The notes beneath the pieces were generated by a model, which made no database searches, was not told the DNA's origin, and saw nothing but the letters and a program-made list of their open reading frames with translations. Positions 55,824 through 64,000 of a stretch of 64,000 nt of DNA are shown piece by piece (position 1 is the stretch's first letter; each line of letters opens with the position of its first letter). This stretch comes from a virus. The stretch spans positions 1-64,000 of the IMG/VR virus record IMGVR_UViG_3300025669_000020; one strand, written 5' to 3'. The translations under genes and the position numbers were made by a program.

Positions 55824-55838
55824 CGGTAGAATCTCTAT
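55824..55838 (+). promoter_or_regulatory. class B motif CGGT-N7-CTAT heading packaging operon
   Basis: CGGTAGAATCTCTAT; palindromes TTTCAA-N5-TTGAAA and AATTAC-GG-GTAATT just upstream. Confidence 0.55.
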
Positions 55839-55865
55839 CTACAAAGGTAGGTGGAGGCTTCCATC

Positions 55866-56750
55866 ATGGCCAAGCAGATTTCAGCACAGCCCGAGTTCAA
55901 CATCCTGGTAGCAAACCTTGAGGGTGGGGGTGATCCCAGCCAGGGTACTACGGGAAACCCCGTAAAGATTCGGACGGGGTTCACACGGCAGCTGTTCCCC
56001 GAGCGGGGAGCAGGCAGCCAGGAGCCTCGTGCTCTGAGTCTCAAGACTCCGGGTTTGGGGACGAAGCAGGGTCTTGTGGAGTACACCACCGCGGGCATCC
56101 CCGTTCCCTGCTCCGCCACGGTCACGGTTTCCAGCTCAGTGTTCACGGACCCCGCGATTCTCTATGTAGGGGACTACACCGTCACCTCCGGTGAGGACTT
56201 CGCTGTTGCGGGGACTGCATATGTAGGTGAGGACATCACCAACACGCCTCCTAATGGTGCCTTGGTGGTCTTCTCAACAGCGGGGCCCAACCTCATCAAC
56301 GTCCCCGCCAACCTTCCCATCACACCAGGTTCCGTAACTATCCGCTGGACTTCAGGTGCGGGCAGGACTCAGCTCGATGATGGTGCAGGTGGGTTCACGG
56401 GTGATGGAGTTCCTGGTAGCTCTACCATTGACTACGTCACAGGAGCAATTACCGTGGACACCACGGGTCTTCCTCCTGCCGGCGGTACATTCATCCTCGT
56501 CAACTACACCGCTCTGACAGCAGGCGACACCGCTCTTTTGTTGGCAGCCGCCATCACCGCTCTTCCCAGTTTCACAGCCACGGCTCTTGCTGCTGTCGTC
56601 ACTGTGGTGGGCCCCGCTGGACCCTCCGGGAACAACCTCCTGTTGGAGGGGTACTACACAGGGGTGGTGACCAACTACACATTCAATCCCACCAACGGCT
56701 TCTTTGGGTCGGCGGAGCCCACGATTGGGCCCCCCACCATTCTGACGTAG
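55866..56750 (+). CDS. virion structural protein with tail-sheath/baseplate-type beta insert domains
   Basis: PITPGSVTI..DDGAG..TIDYVTGAITV..PP.G module nested in ATVTV..GEDF..TA..LAAAI..GPSGN module. Confidence 0.6.
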   Translation: MAKQISAQPEFNILVANLEGGGDPSQGTTGNPVKIRTGFTRQLFPERGAGSQEPRALSLKTPGLGTKQGLVEYTTAGIPVPCSATVTVSSSVFTDPAILYVGDYTVTSGEDFAVAGTAYVGEDITNTPPNGALVVFSTAGPNLINVPANLPITPGSVTIRWTSGAGRTQLDDGAGGFTGDGVPGSSTIDYVTGAITVDTTGLPPAGGTFILVNYTALTAGDTALLLAAAITALPSFTATALAAVVTVVGPAGPSGNNLLLEGYYTGVVTNYTFNPTNGFFGSAEPTIGPPTILT

Positions 56751-56758
56751 GAGGTTTC

Positions 56759-57412
56759 ATGCCTACCACTCAGCAGATTCTTGCTACGCTCCCCTCGGAC
56801 ACTACTCGTGTCCAGGTGCAGAACACTATGGGCAAGACCAAGTACAAGGCCCCTTCCGAGGTGCTGCCTTCTGATACGATCCAGTTCAACAGTGCTGGTG
56901 ACCCCATTGTGATGACTAGCCTCCCTGGTCGCCGCCCGCAGGCTGCCCCGCAGGCTATCAATACTGCCACCGCAGCGGTAGTGCAGCACAAGGAAGACAG
57001 CATGAAGAAGGACCCCCTTCTTCGGTCTGTCACGGACGACCCACACAGTCTAGAAGTGCTGGACGGCATCATCACGGGCATCTCCGAGGAAGCTGCCTCC
57101 TTGCACTTCGAGCGTCAGGAAGCAGACCGTCGCGGGAATGAAACCAGCAAGATTTCCTTGCGGCGTGTCAATGCCCTGAAGGCAGCAGCCGACGTGTACC
57201 TGAAGCGTCGTGAACAGCTGTCCTCCGGGGTGGTGGATCTGGATGGGCCCGCTTTCGAGAAGGTCTTCCTGTTCATCATCGAGACCATCCGTAACAGCAT
57301 GACTGAGTCAGGAGTGCCCTACGAGCAGGTGGATGCTCTGTTCTCCAAGGTTGCCAAGCAGTTCGATGCAGGGTGGCAGGCGGAGGCCCGAGTCCGCATG
57401 GCTCAGAAGTAG
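56759..57412 (+). CDS. candidate terminase small subunit
   Basis: Helical 217-aa protein immediately upstream of TerL (position only). Confidence 0.4.
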   Translation: MPTTQQILATLPSDTTRVQVQNTMGKTKYKAPSEVLPSDTIQFNSAGDPIVMTSLPGRRPQAAPQAINTATAAVVQHKEDSMKKDPLLRSVTDDPHSLEVLDGIITGISEEAASLHFERQEADRRGNETSKISLRRVNALKAAADVYLKRREQLSSGVVDLDGPAFEKVFLFIIETIRNSMTESGVPYEQVDALFSKVAKQFDAGWQAEARVRMAQK

Positions 57413-57420
57413 GCTACACC

Positions 57421-59772
57421 ATGGCACTTTCTGATCTGGTTCTAGGCGCAGGGCGCATGAAAACCGGGGAGTCCCGTACTCCCACGGACATCATCACGTT
57501 TATCGAGGCCCCTTGGGGCCTCGATATGAAGCTGTACCCTGTGCAGAGGGTCATCCTCAAAGCCCACTACGGCATGGGTTTGGATGACAACCCTTTGGGG
57601 TTCCCTCTTGACGATCCGATCCCCGAGGATCACCCGCACTACGACCCCAAGTGGTTTGACATCAATCCCCGTGCGGCACAGAACACCATCGAGATCACGA
57701 ACCCGTTGACGATCCCTGACGGGGCAGACATCACCCTGGTAGACCACACAGGTGCTGCCATCTTTTTCAGGGAGGGTGTCCACTGGTCCCGCCAGGGGTC
57801 TGTTGCTGATGTGACAGCATCCATCATACAGACGCTGAGGGACAATGTCCCGGACACATTCACGGTAGATGATACGGATTACGGGCGTATCAAGGTGCTA
57901 AGCAAGGGGTATAGCATCGAAGGGAATGCTGCGGATATGCAGCTGACGCCTTGTGCTGGTTGGAGGGTGGGGCTCCCCGCCTTGGAGACGGATCAGGAGG
58001 GGTATGAGCAGCACCACCACCGCTTCTTTGCGGGTGAGGGCGGCTTCTACAAGTACCGCATCCCCATCTCTGACTGGCGTCGTGAGAACGCTCGTGTGTA
58101 CACGGAGGCAGGGTATCTCAAGTACCTGCATAGTGAGAATCGCTGCAACGTAGCAGAGATCATCCCGGGGCAGGAACGTCGTGAGATGGTTCTTTCCATT
58201 GGGCGTCGTTCTGGCAAGACGCTCCTGACTTCCTGCATCCTGGCCTATGAGACATACAAGCTGTTGCTCAAGGGCAACCCGCAGAAGCATTACGGCTCCA
58301 GCCAGTCCAACGTCATCCAGCTCATCAGTGTTGCTACTGACAAGGATCAGGCAGGGCTTCTCTACCAGGAGGCCGCCGGACATTTTGGAAAATGCGATTT
58401 CTTTGCAGCCTATATGGCGAACGCCACCCAGAGCTTCGCTACGTTCCAGACCCCTTTCGACATTGAACGCTACGGCTCCTACGCGGAGAACCAGAAGGCC
58501 CGCTACTCGGTCAAGGTCACCTTCAAGAGCTGTGTGGCCAAGGGGCTTCGCGGTGGTGCCAACATCCTGGTTGCCTTGGATGAGGTTGCTCACTTCACAG
58601 ACAAGGGTCAGTCCTCCGCAGAATCTGTCTACCAGGCAGTAGAGCCCTCTACCCGAACCTTCTCTCCGAAGGACCCCAACAACGCCACCCGTTCCGTGGG
58701 CCAGAACGAGGGTCGGATCATCATGATCTCGTCCCCTCTGGGCAAGCAGGGGCTCTTCTACAAGAGCTACCAGATCGGCTACACCAGTGGTCGTGCTGCC
58801 AAGAACATGCTCTGTATCCAGGCACCAACATGGGAGGTCAACCCCACGGTGCCCGCAGGGACGTTTGAGTCTTCCTACCTCAAGGATGCCCGTGTGTTCG
58901 ACACGGAGTTCGGGGCGAAGTTCACGGACAGGTCTTCAGGCTGGATCGAGGACAAGAGAGATCTCCTTGACTGTGTGACCCCATCGCTGAGACCCAAGCA
59001 GAAGGCCCGTCCTCGTGAGCCTCACTTCCTGGGACTCGATGTGGGTCTTGTAGGGGATGGTTCCGCTGTGGCTATCGGGCATGTGGATGATAATAAGAAT
59101 GTCGTCCTGGATTTCATTGAACAGATCAAGGCTGGGGAAGGGCGGTTCGAGCACTTGGAGCGGTTGGAGTTCACGGATGTTGCGGACTGGGTTTATGACC
59201 TCTCCCGGAGGTTCTACATCTCGGAGGGGATCTTTGACCAGTGGGCAGGTATTCCCATGGAGCAGGCACTGGCTGCCCGCGGTCTCAAGCAGCTGAAGTC
59301 TGTGTTTTTCACGAAGCCCAAGAGCAGTGAGATATTCCAGAACTTCAAGAACATGATGTACGACAAACGGCTTTCACTGTTCAACTACCCTCTCAAAGAG
59401 GGGGAGGAACATTGTGACTACCTCAAGGAACTGCTGACCCTCCAGGCTGAATACCAGTCCAAGTACATCACGGTGGTGGCTGCTCCCAACACTCAAGGCA
59501 TGCACGATGATATGTCCGATGCCCTTGTTCGTATGGTGTGGGTTGGTTCCCAGCACATGGGCAAGATGTTGGCGGTTGGCAATTACATCGGTGGGCAAAT
59601 GGGTGGGAAGGGTCCGAGGCGTAGTTCACTCACGGATCGGATGGCCACCCGGCAGAAAGCTCTTTTGGGTGGGAGCCATCCAGATCGTCAGGTGCGTCGT
59701 AGCAAGAAAAACATCATGGGCATGCCCGTGGGTGCGACACGGGGTGTGAACCCCAGAACACGTCGGGGATAA
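57421..59772 (+). CDS. terL: terminase large subunit
   Basis: LYPVQ adenine motif, Walker A GRRSGKT, Walker B VALDEVAH, coupling motif ISSP, nuclease GLDVGLVGDGSA, FDQW, HDDMSDA. Confidence 0.92.
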   Translation: MALSDLVLGAGRMKTGESRTPTDIITFIEAPWGLDMKLYPVQRVILKAHYGMGLDDNPLGFPLDDPIPEDHPHYDPKWFDINPRAAQNTIEITNPLTIPDGADITLVDHTGAAIFFREGVHWSRQGSVADVTASIIQTLRDNVPDTFTVDDTDYGRIKVLSKGYSIEGNAADMQLTPCAGWRVGLPALETDQEGYEQHHHRFFAGEGGFYKYRIPISDWRRENARVYTEAGYLKYLHSENRCNVAEIIPGQERREMVLSIGRRSGKTLLTSCILAYETYKLLLKGNPQKHYGSSQSNVIQLISVATDKDQAGLLYQEAAGHFGKCDFFAAYMANATQSFATFQTPFDIERYGSYAENQKARYSVKVTFKSCVAKGLRGGANILVALDEVAHFTDKGQSSAESVYQAVEPSTRTFSPKDPNNATRSVGQNEGRIIMISSPLGKQGLFYKSYQIGYTSGRAAKNMLCIQAPTWEVNPTVPAGTFESSYLKDARVFDTEFGAKFTDRSSGWIEDKRDLLDCVTPSLRPKQKARPREPHFLGLDVGLVGDGSAVAIGHVDDNKNVVLDFIEQIKAGEGRFEHLERLEFTDVADWVYDLSRRFYISEGIFDQWAGIPMEQALAARGLKQLKSVFFTKPKSSEIFQNFKNMMYDKRLSLFNYPLKEGEEHCDYLKELLTLQAEYQSKYITVVAAPNTQGMHDDMSDALVRMVWVGSQHMGKMLAVGNYIGGQMGGKGPRRSSLTDRMATRQKALLGGSHPDRQVRRSKKNIMGMPVGATRGVNPRTRRG

Positions 59773-59778
59773 TAGACA

Positions 59779-60024
59779 ATGCGGCAGTCACCCACCTCTC
59801 CAGTCAACGCACATCATCGGATGATGCTCTCTCTGCTCAAGGGCACAGTTTTCGCGCCTACCCCGGAGGAGTTGGAGAAGGTTTCCAGGGTGTTTGTGCG
59901 TGCTGGGGGCTCCTGGGAGCATTTGTTCAAGGGTGCTGTGAAGGACACGACACTCCTACGTAAGGTTTTGAAGATTGCCCGTAAGAAGGGTCTCCTAAGC
60001 AAAACGTCCAATTGGGCTGAGTGA
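59779..60024 (+). CDS. hypothetical protein
   Basis: Follows terL. Confidence 0.55.
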   Translation: MRQSPTSPVNAHHRMMLSLLKGTVFAPTPEELEKVSRVFVRAGGSWEHLFKGAVKDTTLLRKVLKIARKKGLLSKTSNWAE

Positions 60025-60061
60025 TGGGTATGGTCTTGGATACGTCTGAGAGGTTTCATAC

Positions 60062-60445
60062 ATGGCACGACTTCGCAAAGGCTCCTTGGCATCTCCCGCT
60101 GATAGGGAGATTCTGGGCCATGTGGCAGCAGCGGAGAGGGCCCTTCGCAAGGCTTTGGATGCTTGTGTCCTAGCTAAGAGGCAATCTCGGTCCCCAGGCA
60201 GCAATCTCCGTATGGCCCGCGTGATCAGAACACAGCGGGATCTACATCGGGTGATGGCGGCTCTGTCAAATGTGCATCGCATCGTACCCCTTCATGACAT
60301 GGGCGAGCAGGATCCGGGTGAGCTGGATCGTGATCTCATGTCCCCAGAAGAGCGTGCAGCCTTTGATGCTGTGGAAGACCAGCGAGAGGACTTGTTGGCA
60401 GCAGTAGCAGAGAAGTTGACGGCAGCCTGGGAGAGTGCTGAATGA
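60062..60445 (+). CDS. hypothetical protein
   Basis: GAGG RBS; ATGA overlap with portal. Confidence 0.6.
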   Translation: MARLRKGSLASPADREILGHVAAAERALRKALDACVLAKRQSRSPGSNLRMARVIRTQRDLHRVMAALSNVHRIVPLHDMGEQDPGELDRDLMSPEERAAFDAVEDQREDLLAAVAEKLTAAWESAE

Positions 60446-62214
60446 CCAAGAACACACTTGAGAAACCTCCGTTCCCGGAGAAGGCCCCCACTTCACAGAA
60501 GCGATTGGCCTCTACCTCCATGTCAGAACCCCAGGAAGGTCGTGTAGTGGCCAAGGTGCGCCCGCGCCCCAAGGTCAAGACAGGAAAGCCCAAGCGGCTG
60601 GACAAGGTCGCTGCAATGCGGGTGGCCTCCTGTGGTGGCGGCGGTCTTTCAACCTCTGGCTCGGAAAGTGCCTCCTTCGGCAACTTCTACAGCCCAGAGC
60701 TGTCCACGGACTTCTTGGAGCTGGCACAGTCCAAGACTGAGCAGTGGGCCTACTACCGCTTCTTCTACAACGCCGATCCCTTTGTGGGACAAGCCATCGA
60801 TCTCCATACGGAGCTGCCCCTCTCCCGTGTACGCTTGGACATCCCCGAGGCCAAGAGCCGTGAATTGGCGATGAAGTCCACCCGGTTCTGTAAGCACTGG
60901 GCGAAGGACATTCAGCTCTTGCGGAAGCTGTGGGGTGTGCTCCATGAGTATCACCTCATTGGGGTCGTCAACATCTACATCGAGGACAACAACCCGGAGA
61001 TGCCGGAAGAGGTCCGAATCGAAAGGGTGCGGGAACTCCAGGAGGACGGCACCCTGGTAGAAGAGGAGCAGGAGCTGGAGGACGCTGACGAAAGGTCCGT
61101 GGCATGGCTCAAGAAGAACTACAAGGGTTGGACAGGGTTCCGTGTCATCCCCCCAGAGCAGGTGCATGTTGAGGGGTTCCCCTCCACAGATCTGAAGCTG
61201 GTGGAGATGATCCCCGATGCCAAGACCCGCAAGCTCGTCATGGCAGCAGACAGCGGGGACGCTCGTTCCGCATCCATCGTCAACACGATGGCTCCTGAGA
61301 TCGTAGAAGCCGCACGCACAGGTCAGAATGTTCCCCTGAACACCGACCCAGATGCAGGCAGCTTCGTCCATGTCCTCGAAAACAAGAAGTGCCCCTACCA
61401 GGATGGTGGGCAGTCCATCTTGGAGCGGTGTATCCGCACCCTGGTGTTCTGGGACAAGCTCCGCCAGGCCAACACCTCCATCGCTTCCCGGCACATGACC
61501 CCTATTCGGGTTGTGTACGCAGAGGACATGGACATGGCCGACGTGGAGAACCTGCGTGACCAGGTGGACATGGCCCTGCAGGATCCCGATTTCTCCATCA
61601 TCGCCAACTTCCAGATCACCTGGGACGAGATGGGGTCGGATCAGCGTCTGCTAGACCTGTCCAGTGAATACGAGTTCGTGCGGCAACAGCTGTTCGCGGG
61701 TTTGGGAGTCACGGAAGGTCTGCTCACAGGTGAGTCCAGCTACTCCGGTGACCGCATCCATCTGGATGTGATCAACACTCGGTACATGCTGCTCCGTGAG
61801 GTCATTCAGGAGTTCGTGGAAGAGCAGCTCCTGAAGCCGATGTGCAGGCGCATGGGCTTTATCGAGGAGGATGAGGACGGCCGTGATGTCGTCATCTACC
61901 CGAAGTTCAGCTTCACACGGTTGGCTCTGCGGGACAACGCGGACACTTTCGATGCCATGCTCAACCTCTACCAGAAGGGGAGCCTGGACATTGATGCCAT
62001 CCTGGAACTGCTGAATATCGATCCGGTGGCCACGAAGGAGAAGCTGGACAGGGACAAGTTCACCCTGAACGATGCTGCCTTCAGCGAGGTGCTTCGAGGC
62101 ATCTACGGTGAGGCAGGACGTGCATTGGCGGCAGATTCCGACGTGTTGGAGATCATTGCCAAGAACCTGGGGCTGAAATATGAGAAGCCCAAGGAAGAAG
62201 GCGGAAGGTACTAG
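60442..62214 (+). CDS. portal protein
   Basis: 590 aa downstream of terL; FFYNADPFVGQAIDLHTELPLS, GQSILERC, GLGVTEGLLTGE, P.FSF..L.L portal-like pattern. Confidence 0.8.
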   Translation: MTKNTLEKPPFPEKAPTSQKRLASTSMSEPQEGRVVAKVRPRPKVKTGKPKRLDKVAAMRVASCGGGGLSTSGSESASFGNFYSPELSTDFLELAQSKTEQWAYYRFFYNADPFVGQAIDLHTELPLSRVRLDIPEAKSRELAMKSTRFCKHWAKDIQLLRKLWGVLHEYHLIGVVNIYIEDNNPEMPEEVRIERVRELQEDGTLVEEEQELEDADERSVAWLKKNYKGWTGFRVIPPEQVHVEGFPSTDLKLVEMIPDAKTRKLVMAADSGDARSASIVNTMAPEIVEAARTGQNVPLNTDPDAGSFVHVLENKKCPYQDGGQSILERCIRTLVFWDKLRQANTSIASRHMTPIRVVYAEDMDMADVENLRDQVDMALQDPDFSIIANFQITWDEMGSDQRLLDLSSEYEFVRQQLFAGLGVTEGLLTGESSYSGDRIHLDVINTRYMLLREVIQEFVEEQLLKPMCRRMGFIEEDEDGRDVVIYPKFSFTRLALRDNADTFDAMLNLYQKGSLDIDAILELLNIDPVATKEKLDRDKFTLNDAAFSEVLRGIYGEAGRALAADSDVLEIIAKNLGLKYEKPKEEGGRY

Positions 62215-62223
62215 GAGTAGACC

Positions 62224-62409
62224 ATGACCGACAACCGTGAGACATTTGATGCCCTGTACGACCTGTACCAGAAAGGAGCACTGGACAGCGATCAAGTCCT
62301 GCAGGCGCTCGACATCGACCCCGAAGCCGTCAGGGGAAAGATGGTTCGGGGTGGGGATATTGATGCTCTGGCAGCGATAGACAAGTACATCGCGTCGTTG
62401 GAGAGCTAA
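62224..62409 (+). CDS. 61-aa paralog of portal C-terminal segment
   Basis: DNRETFDALYDLYQKGALDSDQVLQALDIDP versus portal DNADTFDAMLNLYQKGSLDIDAILELLNIDP; AGGAG RBS. Confidence 0.75.
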   Translation: MTDNRETFDALYDLYQKGALDSDQVLQALDIDPEAVRGKMVRGGDIDALAAIDKYIASLES

Positions 62410-62774
62410 GCCGCTCCCCCGTAGCTGCCGCTCATCAACCGTGCATGGTACTCCTGTGTGTACAGGTGGTAGGCTGCTTCATAGCCTGCGTTTTTGATCA
62501 TCCGGAGCCCTTCCTCATCGGCTTCCCGTTCGTTGTTGGTACGGGCAATGATGTGGCCTGTCTCGTGGGCCAAGATCACCAACAGGTGTTCCTCTGTGAA
62601 CCAGTCCTCTGACAGAATACGGCCGTCCACAACGATGATCGGGGTTTTGATATCCTCACCAAACAAGGCGCAGGCATAGGTGTGGTCAAAGCGGCTGGGC
62701 TCATCCCCTGGATCAATGACCAGGACAGGGATGCTCTTATCGAAGGGGCTCCACGGGGGGCATGTAATTGACAC
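62406..62774 (-). CDS. small zincin-like metallopeptidase (HExxH)
   Basis: ILAHETGH and EREAD; AAGGAGG RBS. Confidence 0.7.
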   Translation of the reverse strand: MSITCPPWSPFDKSIPVLVIDPGDEPSRFDHTYACALFGEDIKTPIIVVDGRILSEDWFTEEHLLVILAHETGHIIARTNNEREADEEGLRMIKNAGYEAAYHLYTQEYHARLMSGSYGGAA

Positions 62775-62871
62775 AGGGCCTCCTTTTTTACTAAGCGTGC
62801 CTCTACCTAATTGACTCAGGTATCAACCCATTCCCTGAGTTTCCGCCCAAAGAGCAGGGGCCACCGTGGGT

Positions 62872-62886
62872 CGGTATTTCCTCTAT
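62872..62886 (+). promoter_or_regulatory. class B motif CGGT-N7-CTAT
   Basis: CGGTATTTCCTCTAT upstream of the 62914 ATG. Confidence 0.6.
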
Positions 62887-62913
62887 GGCTATGGGGGGTC
62901 AGAGGTTTAGAAG

Positions 62914-64000
62914 ATGCCAAAGCCACTGCCAGCACAGACGGGTTCTCTAAAAACCGCTGCCGATGTAGGGACAGACACGGCGGAGATTTATGCAATCTCC
63001 CCGGAAATGCTCTACAGGGTTCTCCAACGCAAGACGTGGGAAGAGACTGCCCGTGGGGTGTGGGGTGACAGCGATCACGGGAACATGCCCGGCCAGTGGG
63101 AGAAGATGCAGAGGATCATCCGGGAACATGGCGGGGCAGTGTTCCAGACAGGCAGGGATGGCTATTTCGATGTGAAGGTGCATGGGGGGGTTTCCGAGGG
63201 AGGGGCTATGGCTCCCTATGGGACTCTCAGTACGGAACGTGTGGCCTCGATGCACAGGGAGGCACTACGGGCCCAGGAGATGCTCAAGTGGGTGGTGCAG
63301 CCCCTCTCCTTCCTCTCCAAGCACCACAAGGACTTCATCAACGGTCCTGTAGACGACGTGATGGATCAGGCGTTCCGCGAGATCGCCCCCCATGTGGTCA
63401 AGGCTGTGGGGGAGGCAGAGATCGATGCCGACGTGGATGAATTCCACGATGGGGCCATTCGGGGGAAGTGGGACTATGATCGTGAGCTTCTGTCAGACCC
63501 CCCTCGCAGAGAGACCGAGGACTTCATCGAGGGGTACACTTGGGGGTTCCAGCACCCTGACATGGTGGGCACCAGGGAGCTGCCTGCTCGGGTCAAGAAG
63601 CAGGTGGTCGAGGATGCCATCCAAGAATTCCGCCACAAGGTGACGGAGAAGGTTGTCCTGAAGGCACTCCGCTCTGTCTGGGGCAGAGTCAATCCCCTGG
63701 AGACATTCAGGACCATCATCCGCATGACCAAGAAGCACGGGTGGAAGCTCGGCCTGTTCATCGCCAGTGTGGAGATCCTGGAAACCTTCGTGATGCCCGC
63801 CGTGCTCATTCACATCACGGGTAATGCAGCTCTGGCGGTTACGGGTCAACTCCCCTTGAGCGAGATCCTGTACGCCATCATTTTCCCCATCATGTTCCGA
63901 GGGAAGGCCGTGGACACGTTCACACCTGACGGCCACCTGGACTGGTATGAAGCCTTGTATGGAATGGTGCGGGTGGCAGAGCGGACACCGCAGTCAAACA
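62914..64000 (+). CDS. putative virion/membrane protein (3'-truncated, not in ORF track)
   Basis: Open from ATG 62914 to the window end: MPKPLPAQTGSLKTAADV...STERVASMH...hydrophobic GWKLGLFIASVEILETFVMPAVLI. Confidence 0.7.
   Translation, partial: MPKPLPAQTGSLKTAADVGTDTAEIYAISPEMLYRVLQRKTWEETARGVWGDSDHGNMPGQWEKMQRIIREHGGAVFQTGRDGYFDVKVHGGVSEGGAMAPYGTLSTERVASMHREALRAQEMLKWVVQPLSFLSKHHKDFINGPVDDVMDQAFREIAPHVVKAVGEAEIDADVDEFHDGAIRGKWDYDRELLSDPPRRETEDFIEGYTWGFQHPDMVGTRELPARVKKQVVEDAIQEFRHKVTEKVVLKALRSVWGRVNPLETFRTIIRMTKKHGWKLGLFIASVEILETFVMPAVLIHITGNAALAVTGQLPLSEILYAIIFPIMFRGKAVDTFTPDGHLDWYEALYGMVRVAERTPQSN

Noticed and set aside
57421-59772. Intein in TerL (also considered for NrdJ, RecA, RecD2)
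   Set aside because: No C/S...HN-(C/S/T) splice junctions or LAGLIDADG motifs seen; the other proteins have normal lengths.
1-64000. Bacterial chromosome, tRNA genes, integrase/att sites or alternative genetic code
   Set aside because: Housekeeping-like genes are divergent and interleaved with terminase, portal and virion genes. No cloverleaf or integrase was recognised by eye, and standard-code ORFs tile the window with TAA, TAG and TGA all used as stops.

Overview
This window is a segment of a large, GC-rich (about 60% by eye) tailed-phage genome, probably jumbo class. The phage call rests on a terminase large subunit, a portal, virion-type genes and very dense gene packing. I saw no rRNA, tRNA, integrase or CRISPR array. 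From left to right it contains: (1) a CobT-like vWA / MoxR-CobS AAA+ pair; (2) a 9.6-kb minus-strand operon joining a deamidating NAD+ salvage route (PncB-like, NadE, PncA) and an NrtR-type Nudix regulator to a TerY-vWA/PP2C/kinase triad, interrupted by a frameshifted endonuclease; (3) a deoxynucleoside kinase, a C39-like peptidase and a modular polyprotein-like gene; (4) Mrr_N-domain genes, a divergent pair of sigma-like genes and a four-copy palindrome array; (5) a bacterial-style replication/recombination block (HolB/HolA/DnaX/DnaN-like, class II RNR, RecD2, SSB, RuvC, RecA, split Rad50 plus Mre11, MTase, PD-(D/E)xK, TOPRIM primase); (6) NusG-like and tandem-sigma4 regulators; (7) morphogenesis genes including TerL and portal. 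The best candidates for undescribed biology are three. First, an ADP-ribose-sensing NAD+ rescue and phospho-signalling operon, distinct from NARP1/NARP2. Second, a coupled late programme: a CGGT-N7-CTAT motif precedes genes whose products share an RVAxR(Y/W/H)L peptide tag and KxA boundaries, including a sigma-like protein tagged at both ends. Third, unusual architectures: Rad50 split at the zinc hook, a structural-type domain inserted in TerL, and a mini-paralog of the portal C-terminus. All assignments are by-eye motif recognition; no database searches were run.
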